Positions 1 to 9,333 of a DNA stretch of 60,813 nucleotides are shown piece by piece. This DNA is from Candidatus Hadarchaeum sp. (GTDB lineage: Archaea > Hadarchaeota > Hadarchaeia > Hadarchaeales > Hadarchaeaceae). Below the pieces are notes generated by a model, which was not told where the DNA came from, ran no database searches, and worked only from the letters and a program-made list of their open reading frames with translations. Every line of letters begins with the position of its first letter. The stretch's first letter is position 1. Location: positions 1-60,813 of the forward strand of contig NZ_JAVZIN010000010.1 of the NCBI RefSeq assembly GCF_038871235.1. The letters are read 5' to 3'. Both the position numbers and the translations under genes were made by a program.

Positions 1-16
1 AAAATGTGGTGAAAAT

Positions 17-1036
17 TTGAGAACCATTGAACTTCGCGGTGATAAGGTTGTTCTTGTTGATCAGACACAGCTGCCGTGGAGACTGGTGAGAGTAAGATGT
101 CACAGCGCTGAGGAGGTGGCTGCGGCCATCGAGGAAATGAAGATTCGGGGTGCACCGGCGCTCGCCGCGGCAGCAGCCATGGCTCTGGCTATCACGGCTC
201 TCCGGAGCAGGGCCAGGACCAAGGAGCAGCTAATGCGGGAGCTGGAGCGCGCGGGCGGAAGGATAAGAAGGACCAGGCCGACCGCGGTCAACCTCTTCGT
301 GGGGCTGGAGCGAGTCCTCAGCGCCGCAAGGTCGGCGGTCGATATTGATGGGGTCCGCGAAGCCGTGGTCCGCGAGGCAAGAGCCATCGCCCAGGAGGAC
401 GTCAAGGTCAACAGGAAGATAGGTGAGAACGGGGCGGCGCTTCTGGAAGACGGCGATGTCGTCCTGACCCACTGCAATGCGGGCTCGCTGGCGACGGTTG
501 ATTATGGGACCGCTTTAGGCGTGATTCGTGCGGCACGAAGCGCCGGCAAGAAGATCGAGGTCATCGCAACTGAGACCAGGCCGCTCTTGCAGGGGGCGAG
601 GTTAACGGCTTGGGAGCTGAGTCGCGAAGGAATTCCGGTCAGGGTGGTCACAGATGGAATGGTGGGATATCTAATGGCTAAAGAGATGGTTGATAAGGTA
701 GTCGTCGGTGCCGATAGAATCGCCGCCAACGGCGACGCCGCCAACAAGATCGGGACCTACTCGATTGCGGTGCTGGCCAAGGAGCACAGGATACCGTTTT
801 ACATCGCGGCACCCACGAGCACGGTGGACCCGAAGGTAAAGACGGGAGCCGAAATACCGATCGAGGAGAGGCGTCCTGAGGAAGTGATCTTCTTCCGCGG
901 AGTAAGGATCGTACCCAAAGGTGTGAAAGTTTTTAACCCCGCTTTTGACGTCACTCCTGCCCGCTACATCACGGCGTTCATCACTGAAAAAGGAGTCGTC
1001 AAACCGGGCGAGCTCTCAAAACTGTTTAAAAGCTAA
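17..1036 (+). CDS. mtnA: S-methyl-5-thioribose-1-phosphate isomerase (eIF-2B alpha-like family)
   Basis: Motifs IRGAPA, RPTAVNL, THCNAGSLAT, ETRPLLQGARLT, GADRI, NKIGTY, NPAFDVTP; TTG start. Confidence 0.92.
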   Translation: MRTIELRGDKVVLVDQTQLPWRLVRVRCHSAEEVAAAIEEMKIRGAPALAAAAAMALAITALRSRARTKEQLMRELERAGGRIRRTRPTAVNLFVGLERVLSAARSAVDIDGVREAVVREARAIAQEDVKVNRKIGENGAALLEDGDVVLTHCNAGSLATVDYGTALGVIRAARSAGKKIEVIATETRPLLQGARLTAWELSREGIPVRVVTDGMVGYLMAKEMVDKVVVGADRIAANGDAANKIGTYSIAVLAKEHRIPFYIAAPTSTVDPKVKTGAEIPIEERRPEEVIFFRGVRIVPKGVKVFNPAFDVTPARYITAFITEKGVVKPGELSKLFKS

Positions 1037-1253
1037 CCGCCACGACCTTTTTCACGCCGGGTATCTGTTTTTTCAGCTCTCTTTCGATGCCGAAGGCGAG
1101 CGTCATCGTCGACATCGGGCAGCCGGCGCAGGCCCCGACCAGCCTGACCTTGACTATCCCATCATCGGTCACGTCGACGAGCTCAACGTCGCCTCCATCG
1201 GCCTGCAAAGCTGGCCTGATCTTTTCAATCGCGGCTTCAACTTCCTTCTTCAT
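1026..1253 (-). CDS. NifU C-terminal domain (Nfu) Fe-S carrier protein
   Basis: IRPALQADGGDVEL...GACAGCPMS (CxxC); start moved to ATG at 1253. Confidence 0.9.
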   Translation of the reverse strand: MKKEVEAAIEKIRPALQADGGDVELVDVTDDGIVKVRLVGACAGCPMSTMTLAFGIERELKKQIPGVKKVVAVSF

Positions 1254-1302
1254 TGGATCACACTTAAGATTGAGGCAGCCACCGTTTAAGCCTGTTGTTT
1301 CT

Positions 1303-2583
1303 TCAGGCCCCAAACTTGGGACTCTTGCCCATCAGGTCGACGATGATCGGGATGAGGTCCTTGCCGCGGATTCTACCCAGTCCCCCTTTTGCGGCCGCCC
1401 TTTCGCTAAAAGTTTTAACATCGTCAGTGCGCACTCCCGGGCCAGAGATGACCACAGGAACCGGGTCGGCGGTGTGGTTTTTGGCGCTGATTGGTGTGGT
1501 GTGGTCGGCGGTGATGACGATGAAGTCAAAGGCGTCGATGAACTGGTTAATGATAGTATCCACTCGCTCGATGATTTCTATCTTGGCCTTGATGTTTCCA
1601 TCGTGGCTGGCTTCATCAGCCCCTTTTACATGCAAGATGACGAAGTCGTGGTTGTTTATTAGATTAAGCACAGCCTTAGCCTTGGCGTTGAGGTCGGTGT
1701 TGACGCTTCCCGTTGCTCCAGGGACATCGACCACGGTCATCCCGGCCAGCTTGCAGACTCCCTTAACCAGTGCCGCTGCAGCCACGCAGGCCCCATTGAT
1801 CCTGAACCTCTCCTGAAAAGGTTTCAGGTGTGGAACCACACCACCACCGCGGATGAGGAGGTAATTGGCCGGCGGCAGACCGTTCTTGACGCGTTCGAGG
1901 TTAATCGGGTGCTTCTTCAAGACCTCGTGGGCTTTTTGCGAGAATTCGTTCAATAGCTTTGCCGTTTTAGCCGCCCACCTCCGGCGCATCACATATTTTC
2001 TGACACCACCGGCGATGATCGGATATGCGGGGACAACCTCTTCCTGTGACTGTAAAAAGGGTTCAACCTTCAACGGTCTTTTGCCCTCCTCATGGGGGTC
2101 GGAGTCGGAGACCTCGTGCGTGAGTCCTTTTCCCCTGAGCACAAGGGTTGCCCTATGAGCCACGGTGCTCCTGAAGATGAACTCGGCTCCCTTAAGCTTT
2201 ATTTTCTGCACCGCCTCGGCTAGGGCCTTGGTATCCTGAATTCTTCCTGCCCTTCTGTCGGTGATGATCATGTTTTTGTCCACGGTGGCGTAGTTGACCC
2301 TGAAGGCGATGTCTCCCGGATGCAGGTCAATACCAGCGCCAGCCGCCTCAAATGGACCTCTTCCCGTGTAGGTTTCGTAGGGATCGTAGCCCAGTAGCGC
2401 TAGATGAGCCGTGTCGCTTCCTGGCGTTGTTCCAGGAGCGATGGTGTCCATTATCCCGCTGATGCCGCGCTTGGCCAGCCAGTCCATGTTGGGCTTCTTG
2501 GCGATCTCCAGAGGAGTCTTGTGGGCCAGCGCGGGGATGGAGCGGTCGGCCATCCCGTCGCAGATGATCAAAAGGGTCTTCAT
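1303..2583 (-). CDS. apgM: 2,3-bisphosphoglycerate-independent phosphoglycerate mutase, archaeal type
   Basis: DGMADR, PGSDTAHL, GRGPFEAAG, DEASHDG, TADHTTP, HTADPVP. Confidence 0.92.
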   Translation of the reverse strand: MKTLLIICDGMADRSIPALAHKTPLEIAKKPNMDWLAKRGISGIMDTIAPGTTPGSDTAHLALLGYDPYETYTGRGPFEAAGAGIDLHPGDIAFRVNYATVDKNMIITDRRAGRIQDTKALAEAVQKIKLKGAEFIFRSTVAHRATLVLRGKGLTHEVSDSDPHEEGKRPLKVEPFLQSQEEVVPAYPIIAGGVRKYVMRRRWAAKTAKLLNEFSQKAHEVLKKHPINLERVKNGLPPANYLLIRGGGVVPHLKPFQERFRINGACVAAAALVKGVCKLAGMTVVDVPGATGSVNTDLNAKAKAVLNLINNHDFVILHVKGADEASHDGNIKAKIEIIERVDTIINQFIDAFDFIVITADHTTPISAKNHTADPVPVVISGPGVRTDDVKTFSERAAAKGGLGRIRGKDLIPIIVDLMGKSPKFGA

Positions 2584-2630
2584 TCACTCAACCAACATAC
2601 ATACTAATTTGGTAGTAAAAAAGTAGTGTG

Positions 2631-2739
2631 GGGCCCGTGGCGCAGCCTGGATGGCGCGGCAAGTGGAAGCACCCGCAGGGCTTCGGGCTTATGGGAGGAA
2701 ACCTGTAGGTCGTGGGTTCGAATCCCACCGGGCCCGCCA
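2631..2739 (+). tRNA. tRNA-Arg(UCG) with two introns (29/30: 2662-2678; 37/38: 2687-2700), CCA encoded
   Basis: Acceptor GGGCCCG/CGGGCCC, T-arm GTGGG-TTCGAAT-CCCAC; removing both BHB-flanked inserts gives anticodon arm GCAGG-CTTCGGA-CCTGT. Confidence 0.88.
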
Positions 2740-2774
2740 CTTCAATTCTTATTTTTCTAGTGAGAGATAGCAAT

Positions 2775-2863
2775 GGGCCGGTAGTCTAGCTTGGATAGGA
2801 CGCGGGCCTCCGGGCTCCAAGGGGGGAGAGCCTGCAGCACGGGTTCGAATCCCGTCCGGCCCG
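2775..2863 (+). tRNA. tRNA-Arg(CCG) with canonical 37/38 intron (2814-2828)
   Basis: Acceptor GGGCCGG/CCGGCCC, anticodon arm CGGGC-CTCCGG|A-GCCTG, T-loop TTCGAAT; no encoded CCA. Confidence 0.88.
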
Positions 2864-2975
2864 TATCGTTTGATTCAGAAAAGTCTCAACAAATTTTAGA
2901 AAATCAATTGTGATATGAGCAACAGAATCAAAACGCTATATAGCACAGCAAAACAAGAGGGTGTGGGTGAGTAAG

Positions 2976-3380
2976 ATGGAAAAAGGCAAAATCTGGGTTG
3001 TAGTTGTCATAGTTGCAGTAATAATCATCGCTAGCGCGGTATATGTTTTCTATTTCACCGGCTCCTGGGGTGTGGATTTGGAAACACGGGCCAGAGATTT
3101 CGTCGTTCTTCTTAAAGAGTGGAGATTCAATGAAGCATACGGGCTCTTCAATGAGCAGATGGCTGCAGCCATAACGGTGGGACAGCTTGAGGCCATATGG
3201 AATGGTGTGATCGGTGAGGTCGGGGCATACAAGGGCATTACTGGAACGAGAGCCGCAACTGAAGCCGGGTATGAGGTAGTATACGTTACCACGGAGTTTG
3301 AGAGAGCTTCACTTGATGTGAAAGTGGTTTTCGATGGAGCGTCAAAGATTGCTGGACTTTGGTTTTTTCCCAAAGGCTAG
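2976..3380 (+). CDS. Membrane-anchored DUF3887-like domain; probably the 5' part of a frameshifted DUF3887-alpha/beta hydrolase fusion
   Basis: N-terminal TM helix, then AYGLFNEQM...LEAIW...FD..KIAGLWFFP typical of DUF3887. Confidence 0.6.
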   Translation: MEKGKIWVVVVIVAVIIIASAVYVFYFTGSWGVDLETRARDFVVLLKEWRFNEAYGLFNEQMAAAITVGQLEAIWNGVIGEVGAYKGITGTRAATEAGYEVVYVTTEFERASLDVKVVFDGASKIAGLWFFPKG

Positions 3381-4311
3381 CTACACCCCTCCAGCATATG
3401 CCCATCCGGAGTCGTTCATTGAAGAAGAAATCCTCGTTGGTGCTGAGGGTTGGGCGCTGCCGGCCACCTTGACGGTACCTAAGGGAAATGGTCCTTTTCC
3501 CGCCGTGGTTCTCGTACATGGTTCTGGGCCTCACGACAGGGATGAAACCATTGGTCCCAACAAGCCCTTCAAGGATTTGGCTTGGGGCTTGGCCACTAAA
3601 GGAATTGCGGTGCTTCGGTACGAGAAGAGGACCAAACAATATCCAATCAAATGCGCTGAGATGATTGAAAGCTTTACCGTTGAGGATGAGACGATTGCCG
3701 ATGCCTTGGCGGCGGTCGAAGCACTTCGCAGAGATAAAAGAATTGACCAAGAAAGGATTTTTGTTCTTGGACATAGCTTGGGAGGAATGCTTGCGCCCAG
3801 GATAGGCGTTCGAGATGGTAAGCTGTCCGGGCTGATCCTCTTAGCCGCCAACGCTAGGAATCTTGCGGACCTGATTCTGGAGCAAGTTCATTATCTTGCC
3901 TCCTTGGATGGAAAAATAGACGATGCGGAGGCCAAGCAGATAAAAGAAACAGAAAACATAGTCAGAAAGATTAAAGAGCTCGACATCGCCAGCGGAGAGG
4001 TTGTGTTGGGCGCGTCGAGGGCCTACTGGGAAGACCTGATGACATACGATCCCCTGAGGACCGCAAGAGAGCTTAGCCTACCCATGTTGATCCTGCAGGG
4101 GGGACGGGACTATCAAGTCACCCTGGATGACTTTAACCAGTGGAAAGAATGTTTAAGCGATCGAGAGTCAGTGACTTTTAAACTCTATGATAATCTCAAC
4201 CATCTTTTCATTTCAGGTCGTGGCGTGCCCAGTCCTGCCGAGTATCAGCTTGCCGGCAACATGGATCAAACTGTAGTTGAGGATATCGCGGAATGGGTGA
4301 AGTCGCATTAA
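3334..4311 (+). CDS. Alpha/beta hydrolase (serine peptidase/esterase); probably the 3' part of the frameshifted fusion
   Basis: HGSGPHDRDE, GHSLGG nucleophile elbow, GGRDYQV, LNHLF catalytic His. Confidence 0.8.
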   Translation: MERQRLLDFGFFPKASYTPPAYAHPESFIEEEILVGAEGWALPATLTVPKGNGPFPAVVLVHGSGPHDRDETIGPNKPFKDLAWGLATKGIAVLRYEKRTKQYPIKCAEMIESFTVEDETIADALAAVEALRRDKRIDQERIFVLGHSLGGMLAPRIGVRDGKLSGLILLAANARNLADLILEQVHYLASLDGKIDDAEAKQIKETENIVRKIKELDIASGEVVLGASRAYWEDLMTYDPLRTARELSLPMLILQGGRDYQVTLDDFNQWKECLSDRESVTFKLYDNLNHLFISGRGVPSPAEYQLAGNMDQTVVEDIAEWVKSH

Positions 4312-4359
4312 GAACCGCTTAAAATAATGTTTTTTCCTGCCCACCGGTAGATTTCACTT

Positions 4360-5652
4360 TTAACCGTCAAACTCTTGGATAACCGTCCCGAGTAAATAAG
4401 TGTGCGCTGCCCCAACGACTTTGACTTTCAGGAATTTTCCCAGTAAATTTTCTGTTGAGTGAACCACGATCGGTTTGTAGGCGAAATTCCTCCCAATCCA
4501 AGTGTTTTCTTTTCTGCCCTTTTCGTCGATCAGACATTCACCTTCCCATCCGATCCATTTTTTATTTTTTTCCAGCCAGATCGTTTTGCAAAGATTGAAT
4601 AGTTCTTTAGACCTTTCTTTGATGACGTCTCCCGGAAGCTGTTCATACCCAGAAGCCTTAACCCAGGGCCGAGCACCGAACTTCGACACATTGGTGACCT
4701 CGGGCTTTATTCTCCTGATCAGCTCCAAAGTTCGTTTGAAATCAGAGTCGCTCTCCTCAGGAAATCCGGTTATGACGTCGGTCGCCAGTGTCAGCTCAGG
4801 CAATTTTTCCCTGAATTCTTCCACGATTTCCACAAAATCTTTTACTTGGTAACCGCGTTCCATTAGTCTGAGTATTTTATCCGATCCCGCTTGCAGCGGC
4901 AGATGGATGAACTTGAAAATTTTCGGGTTTCGGTATGCTTCGATTAGCTCTTTCAGCATGTTCTTTGCATGCAAGGGATTAATCATACCTACACGAACGA
5001 AAAATTTGCCTTCGACCCCACATACTGCATTCAACAATTCCGCCAAATTTGTCCCGCCGTCTAGGCCATAGCAACCGTTGTCTAGACTAGTGAGCCAGAT
5101 CTCCTTACAGCCCTCAGCCACAGCCCTTTTAACCTCGCTAACTATCTCCTTCAGAGGATAGCTGAAGAGCTTACCCCGGTAGGGCTCGTGGCAGTAGCTG
5201 CATTTTTGCAGGCAGCCGCGGGCAATGGGTACAATGCCGATCACCGGATTTATTCGTCGTCGCGGTAAGTTGAGTTTGGGTTTGTTTTGGTCCTCTAGGA
5301 AGACAACTTTCTTTCCTTCCAGAGCTGAACCGGCCGCTTCAACTATTTTTTCAACAGAGTCAGGGGCTACTAACGAGGCATCTGGATTCAACTTTTCTAT
5401 CAACCTTCTTTCCGTCTTTGTCATGCAGCCGGCGACGATTAAGGGTTTCTTTAAATTGGTCATTTGTTTGATCATATGGAGCATTCGGTTGAAAGTTCGA
5501 AATTTAACTATGCAGGTAAAAATTACATTAAGGTCTGACTTTTCGGAGTTGTCCACCAGCTCAAAACCAGCTTGGGTCAATAACCCGGCGGCAATTTCAT
5601 AGTCCGCCAAGTTTGAGCTGCAGCCGTGGACGACGAGGTAGACCTTAGGCAT
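4360..5652 (-). CDS. tRNA t6A37 methylthiotransferase (archaeal e-MtaB/MiaB-like radical SAM)
   Basis: N-terminal UPF0004 cysteines (HGCSSN, TCIV, AGC), CLQKCSYC radical SAM motif, C-terminal TRAM-like domain. Confidence 0.85.
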   Translation of the reverse strand: MPKVYLVVHGCSSNLADYEIAAGLLTQAGFELVDNSEKSDLNVIFTCIVKFRTFNRMLHMIKQMTNLKKPLIVAGCMTKTERRLIEKLNPDASLVAPDSVEKIVEAAGSALEGKKVVFLEDQNKPKLNLPRRRINPVIGIVPIARGCLQKCSYCHEPYRGKLFSYPLKEIVSEVKRAVAEGCKEIWLTSLDNGCYGLDGGTNLAELLNAVCGVEGKFFVRVGMINPLHAKNMLKELIEAYRNPKIFKFIHLPLQAGSDKILRLMERGYQVKDFVEIVEEFREKLPELTLATDVITGFPEESDSDFKRTLELIRRIKPEVTNVSKFGARPWVKASGYEQLPGDVIKERSKELFNLCKTIWLEKNKKWIGWEGECLIDEKGRKENTWIGRNFAYKPIVVHSTENLLGKFLKVKVVGAAHTYLLGTVIQEFDG

Positions 5653-5851
5653 TATCACACCAATGAAAATTTTAGGTTTTTGCAGTTTTACATAACTGTT
5701 TCCCGAATGCGTTTGAATTACAGAAGTCGGTGCTCCAATGAATTTTAGGATTTCGAGATTTTTTGATTTCCACCAACCTACAGCCTTCTGATGGGTAATA
5801 TTAGCGCGTAAGGTATAAAATGAAGCTTCACCAATGAAGGATGGTGTTCTA

Positions 5852-6874
5852 ATGGTTGATCTCTATGGGAAAGATTTCATCACCACCCAGGAGTGGAGCG
5901 TTGAGGAACTTAGGCATGCTATCGACGTGGCGAGAAAGTTGAGAGCGATTGTCAAGCGTGGCGACAGGCCGCCCAGAGTTCTGGACCGCAAGAACTTTTT
6001 CATGCTGTTCTACGCCCCCTCGACAAGAACGCGGGGAGCCTTCGAGGCCGCCACTGCGATACTGGGCGGGCATCCGGCTTTCATCGACGTTTCCACGACC
6101 AGGATGGAAGAAGCGGTAAAGGACGCCGCGAAGATGTATGATTCATATGCGGATGGTATCGGCGTCAGAATTCTGGATAAGTACATCGATTTCGTCTACG
6201 GTGCCGGGCTGAAGGTAGTCCGTGAGTTCGCCCGAGCCGCCAAGGTACCGGTGATCAATATGGCCGACTGCACCTTTCACCCGACGCAGGGTCTTGGGGA
6301 CATAATGACGATCGAGGAGAAATTGGGCAAGCTGCAGGGTAAAAAGTACACCATCACTTGGGCCTACTCCAGCAAGCCGCGTGGCAGGTGCAGCATTCAG
6401 GAGGAGGTGCTGATTGCCACGAGGTTCGGCATGGATGTCACGCTTTCCCATCCCGAGGGCTTTGAAATAGATCCTAAAATAGTTGAATGGGCCAAGCAGA
6501 ACGCGAAGGAAAGTGGCGGCAGCTTTGAGATCTGTCATGACTTTGAGGAAGGACTCAAGGGCGCCAACGTTGTCTTTCCGCGGAGCTGGGGGACGGCGGA
6601 GTTCCTCAGGGTAGGTGCGAGCAAGTTCGGTGTAGATAAGGAGATCGCTATCTACAATAGGTACCGGAACTGGATGCTGGATCAGAGGCATGTGGACGAC
6701 CTGATGGACAAGCCGGCGATCGTGACACACGTTCTGCCGGTGATGCGGGGGGAGGAGGCCACCGACGCCGTCATGGATGGTCCGAACTCGGTGATCTACG
6801 AGCAGGCCGACGACAACTTCTACGCCAAGATGGCCACGCTGGCGTTGACGATGGCCAAGGAAGTACCTCTGTGA
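5852..6874 (+). CDS. Ornithine carbamoyltransferase-like transcarbamylase (AOTCase/YgeW-like branch)
   Basis: PSTRTR carbamoyl-phosphate loop, HPTQ, HVLP; TITWAYSSKP resembles knotted transcarbamylases. Confidence 0.75.
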   Translation: MVDLYGKDFITTQEWSVEELRHAIDVARKLRAIVKRGDRPPRVLDRKNFFMLFYAPSTRTRGAFEAATAILGGHPAFIDVSTTRMEEAVKDAAKMYDSYADGIGVRILDKYIDFVYGAGLKVVREFARAAKVPVINMADCTFHPTQGLGDIMTIEEKLGKLQGKKYTITWAYSSKPRGRCSIQEEVLIATRFGMDVTLSHPEGFEIDPKIVEWAKQNAKESGGSFEICHDFEEGLKGANVVFPRSWGTAEFLRVGASKFGVDKEIAIYNRYRNWMLDQRHVDDLMDKPAIVTHVLPVMRGEEATDAVMDGPNSVIYEQADDNFYAKMATLALTMAKEVPL

Positions 6875-6884
6875 GCTGAAAGGA

Positions 6885-7931
6885 TTAAGTTATTATTTTG
6901 CCCACGATTGGGATTTCACGCCTGCATTTCGGGCATTTTTTCTCCTTTAATTTAGATTCCAGCAGCTCCAGTCCAAAGCGTTTGATGAGCAGCTCCCCAC
7001 AGCCGGGACAGTAGGTGTTTTCATATTTATGTCCCGGAACGTTGCCGATGTAAACGAAATCGAGCCCTTCAGAGACGGCAATGTCGTGAGCTCGCTCAAG
7101 GGTTGAAACAGGCGTGGGCAGCGCGTTGAATTTGTAGGCGGGGTAGTAGGCGGTGAAATGGAGCGGTGTGTCCTGCCCAGCCTCACAGTAGTGACGCTTG
7201 GCCAGCTCCCGAAGTTGCTCTTCTCGGTCGTTTACACCGGGAATTACCAGGTTAACCACTTCTAGGTGAATTCCGAGCTTCTTCGCTTCTCGCACGTTTC
7301 TCCAGACCAATTCAACGTTGGCTCCGCAGTATCTCCGCACCACTTCGGTATCCCCCTTGATATCAATGTTGATCGCGTCCAGTCCCGCCTCACGGAGCAT
7401 ATAAAGCGCTTTTCTAGTCATGTAACCGTTGGTAACAAAGGTGTTGTAGAGACCCCTTGTGCGGGCTAGCCTAAAAACGTCCAAGGAGTATTCAAACATT
7501 AAAGAAGGTTCGTTAAACGAGATGGATGTTCCATGGCAGTGCCACTCTATCGTTTGTTTCACGAAATTTTCGGGGCTAATGTAGTTTGCCTTCTTTAATT
7601 CTGGTGGTGATTTTGAGATGTGCCAGTTCTGACACCACGGGCATTCGAAATTGCAGCTCCAGCTGCCGCAGGTCAGGGCAACGCTCCCTGGCCAGAAGTG
7701 GTAGAAGGGTTTCTTCTCGATCGGGTTCGCAGATATTGAGGAGAGATTCCCATAAACCAGCGTGTAAAGATTTCCCCCGACGTTAAACCTAGTTCGACAG
7801 AAACCGGTTTTGTCAGGCTGGATTAGGCAGCGTCTTTCGCATAGCTCACATTTTACCCGATCGTCCATTTTTTCATAGAGCATGGCATCTCTAATCCAAG
7901 GGCGGCTTGGTTTCAGAATCTCGTTCATCAT
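6885..7931 (-). CDS. amrS: AmmeMemoRadiSam system radical SAM enzyme
   Basis: CELCERRC N-terminus, NPIEKKPFYHF, CNFECPWCQNW, NTYCPGC. Confidence 0.88.
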   Translation of the reverse strand: MMNEILKPSRPWIRDAMLYEKMDDRVKCELCERRCLIQPDKTGFCRTRFNVGGNLYTLVYGNLSSISANPIEKKPFYHFWPGSVALTCGSWSCNFECPWCQNWHISKSPPELKKANYISPENFVKQTIEWHCHGTSISFNEPSLMFEYSLDVFRLARTRGLYNTFVTNGYMTRKALYMLREAGLDAINIDIKGDTEVVRRYCGANVELVWRNVREAKKLGIHLEVVNLVIPGVNDREEQLRELAKRHYCEAGQDTPLHFTAYYPAYKFNALPTPVSTLERAHDIAVSEGLDFVYIGNVPGHKYENTYCPGCGELLIKRFGLELLESKLKEKKCPKCRREIPIVGKIIT

Positions 7932-8072
7932 TTTTAACTTACATTTTTTTTAATTAAACAGTGAGAAAATTAATTGAATTAATATAAGATTTTAAAAGCA
8001 GTTCGTATGGTTTAGTTGTTATAAATATAACAAATAAATGCCTTAAAAGCCGCTTATAAGTGTTTTTATCGC

Positions 8073-8996
8073 TCACTTAACGTAATCCAACCATGACTTG
8101 TACTTAAGTTCCCTTCCCCGCACGGTGTTGAAGTAGATGTGCTGTAGCTTTTCCGTGAGCGGCCCCCTTTTTCCGTCTCCTATTTTATGCCCGTCTACCT
8201 CTCTGATGGGGGTGACCTCGGCAGCCGTCCCGGTGAAGAAGGCTTCGTCCGCGGAGTAGAGTTCCTCCGGCGTGAGGTCCTTCTCCTCGAAGTCGATTCC
8301 CTCGTCGCGAGCTATCTTGATCACAGAATCCCTGGTAATCCCAGCAAGGGCTCCTGATGAAATAGGTGGAGTGATGAGTTTACCATCTCTCACGATGAAG
8401 ACGTTTTCTCCCGGCCCCTCGGCTATTTTCCCGTCAAGGTTGAGCAGGATCGCCTCATCATAGCCTGATTCTAGGGCGTCCACCTTGGCCAGTATCGAGT
8501 TGGCATAGTTGGCCACCACCTTGGCCTGCGGCGGCATGATGTTCGGGTGGATCCTGCGCCACCTTGAAATTTTGGCCCGAACACCGTTTCTGAGCCCTTC
8601 CTCACCAAGGTATGTCCCCCAGGGCCAGACCGCTATTGCCACGTCAACTTTGGATCCCTCCGGGTTCAGCCCCATGACCCCATAGCCGTAAAAGGCGATG
8701 GGTCGGATGTAGCACTCTTGGATGCGGTTGGCCTTTACTGTTTCCTTAGTGGCTTGGACTAGCTTCTGCAAGGAATAGGGGAGTTTCATCCCGACCAGCC
8801 TGGCGGAATTTTCCAGCCTGAGCATGTGATCCTTAAGCCTGAAGACCGCCGGCCCCTTTTCAGTCCGGTAACACCTTATTCCCTCAAAGACCCCCATCCC
8901 ATAGTGGAGGGTGTGCGTCAAAACATGGATTTGGGCCTTAGCCCAAGGAACCAACTTACCATTCATCCAAATGTATTTCGTTGGTGTGAGCGACAT
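8073..8996 (-). CDS. ilvE: Branched-chain amino acid aminotransferase
   Basis: [35 protein letters not shown]. Confidence 0.93.
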   Translation of the reverse strand: MSLTPTKYIWMNGKLVPWAKAQIHVLTHTLHYGMGVFEGIRCYRTEKGPAVFRLKDHMLRLENSARLVGMKLPYSLQKLVQATKETVKANRIQECYIRPIAFYGYGVMGLNPEGSKVDVAIAVWPWGTYLGEEGLRNGVRAKISRWRRIHPNIMPPQAKVVANYANSILAKVDALESGYDEAILLNLDGKIAEGPGENVFIVRDGKLITPPISSGALAGITRDSVIKIARDEGIDFEEKDLTPEELYSADEAFFTGTAAEVTPIREVDGHKIGDGKRGPLTEKLQHIYFNTVRGRELKYKSWLDYVK

Positions 8997-9333
8997 CTGA
9001 TCCAAAAACAAAATTACATTTGCTTCTTATAATAATATCCAAAAATTTTACTTGAGATCGCTTTCGTTGGGGATTTTGTCAGGCCTGCTGTTGGATAACT
9101 TAATTTAATGCAAAATTATTTCACCCGTTTATGGCCAGCGATTGGCAGGGACAGAATGGCGCTTATGAGGTGGTTCTTAGGCAATCGCTGAAAAACTAGG
9201 ATACAAGAACCTACTCGTTTATGGATCGTGGCGGTAAGTGATACAGCATCTGGGCAAAGACCGCGGAAAAAGTTCTCGGTTTGATTTACGCCCAATTCAA
9301 TGTAGCAGAGTAGTAAATTTTCTGTCAGGTTTT

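Noticed and set aside
2588-2773. 61-aa minus-strand ORF
   Set aside because: Antisense shadow of the tRNA-Arg gene.
5659-5753. Imperfect direct repeat CCAATGAA(AA)TTTTAGG
   Set aside because: Only two short AT-rich copies; insufficient evidence of function.
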